Shown here in pieces: positions 33,331 through 44,957 of a stretch of 64,000 nucleotides of DNA. A program made the translations under genes and the position numbers. How positions within the stretch are numbered: position 1 is the stretch's first letter; the number at the start of each line of letters is the position of its first letter. The notes beneath the pieces were generated by a model. That model saw only the letters and a list, made by a program, of their open reading frames with translations. It was not told where the DNA came from and made no database searches. Source of the stretch: the human T2T-CHM13v2.0 reference genome, Homo sapiens; NCBI RefSeq assembly GCF_009914755.1, contig NC_060932.1. One strand, 5' to 3'.

Positions 33331-35231
33331 GGTACTGTATCTTAAAGTATACTTAAAGTATAATTCAAAAAAGTTGATTTTTAAAACAAAAACAGAATCA
33401 AATAAACCTTTTTAGTCTAAATTTTTAAACATCATTTTCCAAACTTAAGTGAATATGAATTTTAAATCTTAAATATTTTTATGATTAATTTTTTTATTTA
33501 GGACATATACCAATATCTTGAGAGAAAGTACTATGAAATTATGAGATTATAAAATGTTTAAGTAATGTACTTACAAAGTCCAGAAATATATTATCCATAA
33601 GGGTGGCAGGGTAGACTAGCGCTCTGAAAAACAGAAAAGTACATGAAGATATGTTATTTAGTGTTGCCAAACTTACCAGTTTTTTAAAAAGAAAAGCTAT
33701 AGACCACATTTTAAGTGAATATTTCTAATTCTTCAGTGATTGACAAGTAAGTGCATTTTTGTAATATTTCTTTTGTTGTTATCTTAGTCTTTACCTGAGA
33801 TGCTGTGAGCATTGATATCCTTTGCAGTGTAACCACGGTTCTTCAATTGCTGCTCTCCTATTTGTTGCAAGTCTCTGTTTATTTCATCGCCTATTCTCCA
33901 AATAAGCCAAGCTCATTCTGACTGTAAAAGTTTTCACTTGCTTTTTCTTTTTCCTGAACATTCTGATCCTACATCTTCATATGACCGGTTTGTTCATGTT
34001 CTTCAGGCATCTGTTCAGATGCCTCTTCCTCAAACTGCCAAATAGTATTAGTTTACAATTAACATCTTTGTTTTATCTCCATTATAAAGCACAGGCAAAC
34101 AAAGAAGATTACAGCATATTAGAACAGAAGTCCAAGTGCAGAAACCTCTCTGTAAGCATGTTAAAGTAGAAAATCTTAAACTATATTAGACAAATTGCTA
34201 GAGGTTCACTGTAGTCAAGTTTGAAAGATAAAAGCTCTAAGAGGCCTAGTTTGTTATGAGTTTTACCTCAGCGAGCCCCAGCAGTTTCTCAATTGAAGCT
34301 CAGAGAAAAATCTCCTCCTGCTTCTGGCAGCAAGAGGGGAAAAGCAGCCAACTGGAAATAAGGCTAATACCTTTTGTTCTTTTCAACGAGTAAGGTCCTC
34401 TCTCAAGGGAAGTTACCTTTCAAGAGCCTCAGTGACATAGAGAAAAGAAATGCCCCACCCTAGTTGATTTTAGTTTTCCAGGTGGCGAGAAGGAAAATAC
34501 CCAATTTCATTCCATCTAATCTTCCTGTTTAACCAAAAAGGCAATTGGGAAAGTCACATCCTAAGGGCACAGGCTCACTAAAATTCTGAGAACTATTGTA
34601 GATCTATAGAACAGTATTCCACCTACCACCCCTGACATTTCTTATCACTATATCAATAGGATTTTGGTATAATAACAAGGAAATACAACTGAAAGAACAA
34701 TACACTTCAGACGTTATTTAAGAAGAAGGCTCTAAGAAAACCCAAGGACGACAGAAGAGAGCAAAACAAGAAAACCAGAATGAATTTTAACCTCTGATAC
34801 CTACAGCTGCAGAAAATATTAAACACAGCTTAATTTTTAGCCATATAGACATAAAATTTTATATTAAAGACCTGTTAGTCCCAATTCCTCAGAACATTAT
34901 CTTTCAAGAGATACTAAAGAGCAAAGAAACCCTACAAGTTGAAGAGACAGAGCAAGCCTCAGAACCAGAATCAAATATGGCAGAGAAGCTGGAATTATAA
35001 AAGTGCAGATTTAAAACTACTATGATCTCAATGATTAGGGCCTAATGAAAAAAAAGTAGATAACTTGCAAGTACAGATGGGTAATGTAAGCAGCAAGATA
35101 GCAATTTCAATATGAATTAAAGATGCTAGAAATAAAGAAAACCTGTCTTTATGAAACGAAGAATTCCTTTGATGTTCATCAATACACTAAACATAGCTGA
35201 AAAAAGGAATTGGTGAGATTGAGATTGAAGC

Positions 35232-37618
35232 AGAAAACTAACAAATAAATCTTGGACTTAAACTCAACAATTGGCCAATTGTACCTAACAGACATCTACA
35301 GAGTACTTTACTGAACAACCACATAATATATATTCTTCTCATCTGCACATGGAACATATTCTAATATAGACCACAGAGTTGGCCAAAAAGCAAGTCTCAA
35401 TAAACTTAAAAGAAAAAGAAAATCATACCAAGCCCACTCTCAGACCACAGTGCAATAAAAATAGTAATCCATAGAAAGATCTCTCAAAACTGCACAAAAA
35501 CATGAAAATCAACCAACTTGTTTCTAAATAACTCTTGAGTGAACAAGGAAATTATGGCAAAAATCAAAAAATTCTTTGAAATTATTAAAAAATAGAGACA
35601 CAACTTACCAAAACCTATGGGATACAGCCAAGAAGTTTTAAGAGGAAAACTTATAGTGCTAAACACATTCATCAAGAGGTTAGAAAGATCTCCAATTAAC
35701 AAGCTAACATCGCAACTAGAGAAAATAGAACAAAAGAATAATCTAACCGAAAAACTAGTAGAAAAAAGGAAATAACTGAAATCAGAGAAGAACTGAATGA
35801 AATTGAGACTCAAAGTCCATACAAAAGATAATGAAACTGAGAGATGGTTCTTTGAATGAATAAACAAGATATAGGACATAAGCTAGATTAATGACAAAAA
35901 AATGAGAAGATCCAAGTAAGAACAATCAGAAATGACAAAAGCGACTTTACAACTGCTCCCACAGAAATACAAAAAATCCTCAGAGACTATTATGAACACC
36001 TCTATGCACACAAATTAGAAAATCTAGAGTAAATGGATAAATTCCTGGAAACACACAACCTCTCAAGATTGAATAAGTAAGAAAGTGAAAACCTGAGCAA
36101 ATCAATAACAAGTTTGGAAATTGAATCAGTAATGAAAAACTTACCAATCAAATAAATCCATGGAGCAAATGCATTCACAGTCTAATTCTATCAGATGTAA
36201 AAGAAGAACTGATAGCAATTCTACTGAGACTTTTCCAAAAACTCCAGGAGGAGAGGCTTCTCCCTATTCATTCTACAAAGGCAGTATCATTCTGATACCA
36301 AAATCTGGCAGAGACACAATAAAAATTGAGAACCTTAGACACTATTCCAATGAACATAGATGCAAAAATTCTCAAGAAAATGCTACCAAATTGAATCCTA
36401 TAGCACATAAAATTTAATTCACCACAATCAAGTAGGCTTTATTTCTGGGATGCTGGAGCATCACATTGTGTAACTTCAAACTATAAGGCTACAGTAACCA
36501 AAACAGCATAGCACTGGTACAAAAAGAGACACATAGGCCAGTGGAACAAAATGGAGAACCCAGAAATAAACCTGCACACTTACAACCATCTCATTTTTTA
36601 CAAAAGTTGACAAATGGCACCTTATAAACTAAACAGCTTCTGCAAAATAAACTACTAACTGCATAAACAGAAGGACTACAGAATGGGAAAATATTTATAA
36701 ACTATGCATCTGACAAAGGTCTAATATCCAAAATACACAAAGAACTTAAACAAATCAATGAACAAAATACAAATGTCCAATTTAAAAAAAAAATGGGCAA
36801 TGGACATGAACTGACAATTCTCAATGGAAGATACACAAGCAGCCAACAAAAATATGAAAAAATGCTCATTATCACTATTCATCAGAGAAATGCAAATCAA
36901 AACCACAAGGAGATACCGTCTCACACCAGTCAGAATGACAATTATTAAAAACTTGAAAAACAACAGATTCTGGTAAGGCTGCGTAGAAAAGGGAATGCTT
37001 ATATACTGTTGGTGGGAATGCAAATTAGTTCAGCCACTGTGGAAAGCAGTTTGAAGATTTCTCAAATAACTTAAAATAGAAGAACCATTTACCCCAGCAA
37101 TCTCACTACTGGATATATACCCAAAGGAAAATAATTCATTCAATCAAAAAGACACATGCACCCATATGTTCATTATGGTACTATTCACAATACGAAAGAC
37201 ATGGAATCAACTTAGGTGGACTGAAGGAAAATGTGGTACATATACACCATGAAATACTACACAGCCATAAAAAGAACAAAATCATGTCCTTAGCGGCAAT
37301 ATGAATGGAGTTGAATTAATGGCCATTGTTCTCTGCAAGCTAATGCAAGAACAGAAAACCAGATGCTACACATTCTCACTTATAAGTGGGAGTTAAACAC
37401 TGAACACACATAAAGTTGTTTACAATAGACAGTGGGGACCACTACACAGGGAAGATAGGAAGGGAGCACGAACTGAAAATCCAACTATTGGGTACCGTGT
37501 TTACTGCCTGGATGATGGGATCATGGGAACCCCAAGCCTGATCATCACACAATATACCCAGGTAACAAACCTGCATGTGTACAATTTAATCTATAATAAT
37601 AGTTGGAATTATTTTTTA
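35232..37618 (+). mobile_element. L1PB4/L1PA16-17-like element, 5'-truncated, with internal deletions
   Basis: ORF2 EN end to 3' UTR 'acaatatacccaggtaacaaacctgcatgtgtac...tctataataatagttgg'; RT core absent. Confidence 0.85.
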
Positions 37619-37744
37619 AAAACTTTGTGTTGACCATATTTTAAAATCTTATTCTCATCCTTAATTGATATAGTGAGCCAATAAATTAGAAAGTTTATTG
37701 CATTCATTAAAAGATGCTCCATTATTGCTGAAAAAATAAACTTT

Positions 37745-37868
37745 AATAGAAATTCCCAAGAATGAAATAGCAATCCCCAAGAATGAATGAAACTTTGATA
37801 GCAATCCCCAAGGATGAATGAAACTTTGATAGCAATCCCCAAGAATGAATAGCGTTTCCTAAGAATGA
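37745..37868. repeat. 31-bp minisatellite (~2.7 near-perfect copies plus degenerate flanks)
   Basis: ATAGCAATCCCCAAGAATGAATGAAACTTTG starting at 37767, 37798 and 37829. Confidence 0.9.
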
Positions 37869-38047
37869 GAGAATTCTCATTCTCCATAAAATGGAGAAAA
37901 AAATAAAAAAACAGAATAGTAAATCTAATAACTATGGGAAAATTAATTAATGTACAACAAATGCATAATGGGACTACCATAGGAAAAGAAAGTTATGAAA
38001 TATTTGAGGCAATAATAACTGAGAATTTAACTAAATTAATGAGACAC

Positions 38048-38402
38048 TGATATGGTTTGGCTCTGTGTCCCCACCCAAATCTTATCTTGCTGTTCCCATA
38101 ATCCCCATGTATTGTGGGAGGGACCCTGTGGGAGATAATTGAATCATGGCAGCAGGTCTTTCCCATGCTGTTCTCATGATAGTGAATAAGTATAATGAGA
38201 ACTGATGGTTTTGAAAATGGGAGTTTCCCTCCACAAGCTCTCTTCTCTTGCCTTCTGCCATGTGAGATGTGACTTTCACCTTCCGCCATGATTGTGAGGC
38301 CTCCCCAGCCGTGGAAACGGTAAGTTCAATAAACCTCTTTCTTTTGTAAATTGCCCAGTCTCAAGTACGTCTTTATCAGCAACATGAAAACAGACTAATA
38401 CA
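38048..38402 (+). mobile_element. THE1 MaLR solo LTR
   Basis: TGATATGGTTTGGC...GACTAATACA; perfect 5-bp TSD GACAC at 38043-38047 and 38403-38407; AATAAA. Confidence 0.93.
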
Positions 38403-38457
38403 GACACCAAACAATAATAGATTCTGCATCTCAGAGAATACCAAGTATGCTAAGTAA

Positions 38458-38765
38458 TTTGTTTTGTTTTGTTTTGTTTTTGAGACTGAGTCTCGCTCTG
38501 TCACCCAGGCTAGAGTGCAGTGGCTCTATCTCAGCTCGCTTGTGCAAGCTCCACCTCCTGGTTTCACGCCATTCTCCTGCCTCAGCCTCCCGAGTAGCTG
38601 GGACTACAGGCACCCGCCACCACGCCTGGCTAATTTTTTGTATTTTTAGTAGAGATGGGGTTTCACCGTCTTAGCCAGGATGGTCTTGATCTCCTGACCT
38701 CGTGATCCACCTGCCTCGGCCTCCCAAAGTGCTGGGATTACAGGCGTGAGCCACCGCACCCAGCC
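38458..38765 (-). mobile_element. AluY with (GTTTT)n tail
   Basis: Full dimer; 'gcaagctcc', 'ttagccaggatggtc', 'gacctcgtgatcc'. Confidence 0.93.
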
Positions 38766-40879
38766 AGTAGTTTTTTAAATCTACATCTAGGCATATCATA
38801 TTCAAATCCCATAAAATTCAAAGAAGAGAAAAAGATTAGAAAAAAGTCATAGAAAATAAAAACATTATCTATAGAGGGAAAGTATAAAAAGTGCATCAGA
38901 CTTCCCTTCAGAAACCATGCAAGAAAGAAGAGAGTGGAATGAAATATTTAAAGTGTTGACAGAAGGAAAAAAAAAACTAGTAACCTATTAATTGAAAGAT
39001 AAACAACTTTTTTAAACAAATAAAGCTTGAAGAATTTTCTTTTACTGGTATGTGTGTTTCAAGAAATATCAAAAGAAATTCTTCAGAAAGGAAGAAAATG
39101 ATATAGTCTGACACTCGGGTCTACATTAAAAAGATAGAGCCGTAGAAAGGAAACAAATGAAGGTATAATAAAATTGTAATTTTTGTTCTTAGTTGATATA
39201 AAATATTCTTCAATATAATAATAGCAAAATATAGAAACAAAGCCATATACATGGTTATATAGAGATTGAGGAGAATAAGTGAATAAATATAAATATAAGT
39301 GGATAAAGAAAATAAGTGACAGCAATGTTATAAGTAATGAGAAGGAGAAATTGAGAATAATCTGTTATAAGTTACAGTACTCATAAAGTAGAATAGAGAT
39401 ATCTGTAAACTCAAGGGAAACCACTAAAACACTAAAAATAGCCTAATTAATGTGCTAAAATAATAGACAAAAATAGAATCCTATAAAGTACTCACTTATA
39501 CCAGAGAAGATAAGAAAAAAAGTGGAAGACAAAAAAAAACAGCAGAGAAAATGGCCACACAAATAGAAAATAATTTCAAATATGGTAAATATTAATGTAA
39601 CAACTTAATTATTTTAAATTTTAATATGCTAAATACACCAATTAAAAGACAGAGTCTATAAGAGTAGGTTAAAAAAACTGACTGCACATTGTCTAGACCT
39701 TCTATCAGTAAAAAGATATACATTAAAATTTGAGGAGCCAAAGGAAGCAATGTTAGGGTAAGCCAAAGGCTAATATTTGCTGTTAGTTTTCCACGTTTTA
39801 TCTTCTTTGAAAAGAACTTCTCATATTTTGGAAAGGAAGAGGCTATTCAAACAAACTAGTGACACTTAAGGCACAATTTGTAAAGAAAAACAATTTTATA
39901 TAAAATGTTTTGAACATTTAGTTCATTTAGCTAATGGAATGTGTTGTCTATTTCAAGTGATAATTTTTATTTAAAGAGTATAATAAAACAAGTTAAATGT
40001 ATCTTTGAACCATGCATCATTATATTCATAATCTTAGCCTATTTTTCTGATTTACTTTTATTCTTTGAGGTTGCATTATGTTTAACACATATTTGTAAAG
40101 TAAGCATGGTATCTCATGGTAAGATGAGCCCAGTGCCTAAGATAAAAAATGAGTTAGTAAACTAGGTGTAGTGGCTGAACTTAAAATAATTTAAATAAAG
40201 AAACATGGGAATGTTAACAAATTTTAATACCTGGAGGCTTTCATTAATTTTAAAGCTGGATTTAACTAAAACTGTTGATTCATTTTAAATGACTTTGCAA
40301 CTTAAGCCACCAATTATTTGTACAGCACACTCATATTTGGAAGAACTAAAATAGCCCATTGAGGTGAGTAGAGAGATACCACCTTGAAACACTAGTTTCA
40401 AGTAATCTCTATACTGTCCCTGTTAATAAAAAAATTTATTGTCATAGTTTTTCAACAAAACTTTTAGTGATTTAGCCTTTACTTAAACAAAAATTAGAAA
40501 TCAATTTACCCTACAGTTTAAGACTTTAAAATAGAATATATATATTTTTAAAATTTTTGGTTTGTAGCCTGTTTCTTTTGTTTCCATATGCAGGTAACAA
40601 AAAATCTGATCTTGTTGGCATAACTTTATGTTTACATTTTAGGATTACAATCAAAGTATGGTTAAAAAAAAACCTTATCAGCTTCCAATTGTGCAGAATG
40701 CCCTGGCTTTGTTTTCTAAAAAGTAAACTATCTTTGTTCTCTAAAAAGTAAACTTTCTTTGTTCTAAAGAATTAAGACAACAAAATATAGCCATGCCAGC
40801 CATGCCTATGTTTATAGCAGACACAAGGTAAGGCTGTTGTTTTGGTTTTTCCCTGGAGACTTCTTAAATGAGGTCTGAG

Positions 40880-41650
40880 ATGTGTAGTTCTTTCTTCTTT
40901 CCTTCTTATTATGCAATAGTTCGTTCCATTGGTGTAGTGACAAGGTGTGGGGAAGGGGAGGCATTCTACAGTCCTGTGAGGAGGTCTCAGTCTTTTAGGG
41001 TGCCTGTGCTCCTACGCTGTGACCTTCGCAGGTTTATTTCTCCTTAAGTGAAGCAGAAAGCTTAGCTGGAGCTAACGTTTTGTATTTTTCTTACTCCAAC
41101 TGGCAGTTTAGGGAGCTGGAATTGGGTACTTCTTTCCTTCTCCTGGATTGGTCAGGCTCAGGTATAACAACTTCTCTTGAGAGCAGATCTTGTTAAAAAC
41201 AGGATTTCTGGCCTTACACCAAAATAAATTTTGATTTATTTCCCTGCCAGAAGCACGAAGGGATTTTCTACCAATCTTCACTGTGAGAACTTGGTGGGAC
41301 TTCTGGATATAAAGCTCACAAAATTGTGGCCCCTTTTTATGACTGCCACCTTGGAGTTTTTCACTCTCAAACTTGCCCATGCTGAGCCTCCTGCAATTCC
41401 TCAATTACACTTAGGTTTTTCTGCTTTAGTCAGTTCTCACAGAGGTTTCTGGTTAGGTAACTTTTAATTTTCTGTGTCCATCTGTTTTTCTGTTCAATGT
41501 TAGGCCAGTGGTTTGCTCTGTTACCTCAGCTTTCATATGTATCTGAAATGAGTTGTTTATATTCAGTTTGTTCAGCTTTTTTCTTGTTGAGAGGATGGGA
41601 TTGAGGACTTTCAAGCTTCTTACCTGTCAGACTGGAAACCAGACATCTCT
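40880..41650 (-). mobile_element. Old L1M 5' end
   Basis: 'ggggaaggggaggcattctacagtcctgtga', ending 'actttcaagcttcttacctgtcagactggaaaccaga'. Confidence 0.6.
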
Positions 41651-42997
41651 CTCTTCCATTTTCAAATTTCCCTCATTTTCTTTGCACAAATGCCCCTCCA
41701 TTATTTCTAACCTATGTAATTTGGATCAGGTAACTGCTTAGGGCTCAGATGTACCCCCAGTTTGTATAACCCCCATCACAGCAGGGTAATTCAGTGAGCC
41801 TCTTTTTTTCTCATCTTTCTCTCTCTTTCCGCAAGGTTGTTAACAACAAACCAGACTCCTTGGTTGATATATCCAACATATTTATCTTTTCCTTGGGTTT
41901 TACTTAAGAAATTTTCATCTTTTTCCTTAATTCTTCCCTTTTAGTGTTTTTTACCTTTCATTTTCAAGAGTGCTTTTGCTAATTACTGATTATTTGTTTT
42001 TCAGGTGATAGTGTTTCTTTTTTTTTTTAACACAATATCATCTCAAAAATTATTTTTGGAGGATATAAACTATTTTTTCTCTTTTTTATTCTGATGTCTT
42101 TCTATTCTTATCTGGGTTTTGTGCTCTCAAAATACCAAATTTACTCTAATTCATGGTGACATTTTGTTATTTATTAATCTGGAAGATGACATAACAGAAA
42201 TGCTCTGTAAATGTGGGTGGGGCTTGTCCATGAGCAAACTTTACTTAGAGTAAAGGAGTGAAGAGTTGCTGCTCGGCCCTAAAAGTGTCCCAGTTTTCTC
42301 TAGTATGACAATTTTCTTGCTAGCTTTTCTAGTTCTTACGGATAATCCAATTAGTTGTTTTTTGAGAACTTTTCTTTTTTTTTTCTTACTCAATAGTACA
42401 CCACTGGTTGTTTCACATTGAATATGGGTTTGAGGGGTGTCTTGGATAATTGGGTATTCTGAGGATAGAGTTTTAATAAATTCCTCTATTTTCCATCTCA
42501 TTTCTCCTCTCTGACCTTATCAAACCTGTCTTCAGATCTCACACCTGTCTAGAATTCTGCACTGGAAAACTGACTGTCCCCCTGCAATGGTACAGTTCCC
42601 CTCCACATTACTTCAGTAGAAAATACATGTTTTTGTTTTTGATTTTCATTTGCCTGAAATTTATTCTCTGAATTTTCTTTAATCCTGCAGCTTCCTTCTG
42701 TGGATATGGAATTACAACTTTGTTATTCCCTTACCAAAATTTTTAGATGAGGTTTTGGTTACCTACTACCTGCCTTTTATTTGGATTTAAGTAAAATAAC
42801 ACAGTAATAGTAATGCAAAAGTAATATTTACCATAAGCATACAAATAACTACTGTGTACTGAATTCTTCCAATGGCAGGTCCTTTGCTAGGTAATTTGCA
42901 AAATCCATCTTCCTTAGACTCGTAACCACCCTGTGAAGTTATCACCTCCATTTACAGATGAAGGCACCCACTTCACTTAGAAATGGTTAGTTTAATT

Positions 42998-44300
42998 GTG
43001 TTAGAGTCTCCAGAGATGGCCGCCATCAATTCTTCACCTCTTCCCTATTTACAGACGTCTCAAGAATTGAGTCTAATCTCTCTGATTCTAGTCTGGCCTT
43101 GATACTTGCTTTGACTCAGAGACTGGGGCAGAAGTGATGCTGTGCCAGGTTTGGTCTTAGATTTTAAGGGTTCTGACACTGTTTACCTTTGTGCTTTTTG
43201 GGGAAGACATCTGCCATTCTCCAAACAAGCTCAGGCTGGAGAAGTGAATGGTGAGACACCCTGTGGAGAGAGAGAGAGAGTGTTGCAGATGACCACTGAG
43301 GCATCTGCCATGTAAGCAGACTCGACTTTCCAGGCCTGCACAATCACCACCAGAATGCAGCCACCTAAAAGACCACATCCAGTGACTCACGGGCACAAGA
43401 ACTGCCCATCTGAGACCTGCCTGAATTCCTGACCTACAAAATTTTAAGAAAAATAAATGGTCTTTTTATGCCATTAATGTCAAATGGGTCATTATGTTAC
43501 CAGGGAGTCCTTACTCCCAGAGCTCCCAAGAGGGTGGCGGGCCGCTTCCGAGATGGTGGCGAGCCGCTTCCAAGATGGGGGCAAGCCTCTTGTTCTCTGA
43601 CCTGGAGTTCTTGGCTTCACGGATTCCAAGGAATGGAATCTTGAGCCATGCGGTGAGTGTTATAGATCTATTAGAAGTCATGGGTCATGGAAGAGAACCG
43701 TGGAACCCAGCGACTAGTGTTCAGCTCAATTAGGACGAACCCGGGCACTTAGCCGTGCAGGAACAATGGCAAGCCTTTAGACTGATGGAGAGCGGCAATG
43801 GGTGCCTCCCTGGATCAGGAGCACAGCAGACACCCTGCTGGATCCGGAGGGGTGGAAGTCAGCAGCGGGTCTGTGACAGCGCCCAAAAGCAGTGGTGGAC
43901 GGCGAGCGAAAGCTCAGCTCAAGCCATAACAAACACGGACCAGAAGAGTGTGCACTTGCAAGATTTAATAGAGTGAAAACAGAGCTCCCATACAAAGGGA
44001 GGGGACCCAAAGAGGGTAGCCATTGCCAGCTTGAATGCCTGGGTTTATATCCTGATTATTGTCCCTCCCACTGTGCTCTCAGGCGATAGTTGAATGGCTA
44101 ATTCTTTACCTCCTGTTTTTGCCTAATTAGCATTTTAGTGAGCTCTCTTTACTACCTGATTGGTCGGGTGTGAGCTAAGTTGCAAGCCCCGTGTTTAAAG
44201 GTGGATGCGGTCACCTTCCCAGCTAGGCTTAGGGATTCTTAGTCGGCCTAGGAAATCCAGCTAGTCCAGTCTCTCAATTACACAGATACAGATAACTGAA
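42998..44300 (+). mobile_element. MLT1 (G/H-like) LTR split by LTR17
   Basis: 'gatggccgccatcaattc', 'ggggcagaagtgatgctgtgccag', 'gcctgaattcctgacctacaaa'; 3' end 'cagataactgaaa' follows LTR17. Confidence 0.7.
43495..44276 (-). mobile_element. LTR17 (HERV-W) full-length solo LTR, 782 bp
   Basis: Reverse strand starts TGAGAGACTGGACTAGCTGGATTTCCTAGGCCGACTAAGAATCC and ends GGTAACA; 4-bp TSD ATTA at 43491-43494 and 44277-44280. Confidence 0.95.
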
Positions 44301-44633
44301 AGATGAACCTAAGCACAAATATCTAGCACATGCAGAACTGAAATTCATACCCAAGTCTATATGAATCAGGAGCTTGCACTTTTAACCAGCACTCTTGATT
44401 TCCATATATGGCAACAACCTGAGTGCACAGCAGATGGATTGAAAACTTTATTAAATTCACTTTACTTTATAATAAAACATAAACAGTACAAGAGAGAAAA
44501 CATTTACTACCCAGTAAAATAACTCACAACTAGCTAAAACCTACACAAATATACAAAAGATATACAGATTACCAGTGTTAGCAAAAGAACAAATGAATAA
44601 GGAAGAGAAATACAGGAAGATGAATGTGGTTAA

Positions 44634-44957
<324 letters not shown>

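Larger units (their letters stand above)
34200..39700 (+). mobile_element. Old L1M 5' region/ORF1 host containing younger insertions
   Basis: ORF1-like 'gtagataacttgcaagtacagatgggtaatgtaagc' (35056) and 'cagaaaccatgcaagaaagaagagagtgg' (38910); ORF2 start 'ctaaatacaccaattaaaagacagag' (39629). Confidence 0.65.
42820..44390 (-). mobile_element. MIR split by MLT1/LTR17 (pieces ~42820-42995 and ~44300-44390)
   Basis: 'aaccaccctgtgaag..ccatttacagatgaaggcac' left; 'gcagaactgaaattcatacccaagtcta...gcacttttaacca' right. Confidence 0.65.

Noticed and set aside
37745-37868. Repeat array as CRISPR-like
   Set aside because: Head-to-tail tandem units without unique spacers, eukaryotic context, no cas genes
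40716-40765. 25-bp tandem duplication CTAAAAAGTAAACTWTCTTTGTTCT
   Set aside because: Real but an ordinary two-copy slippage duplication with no functional clue
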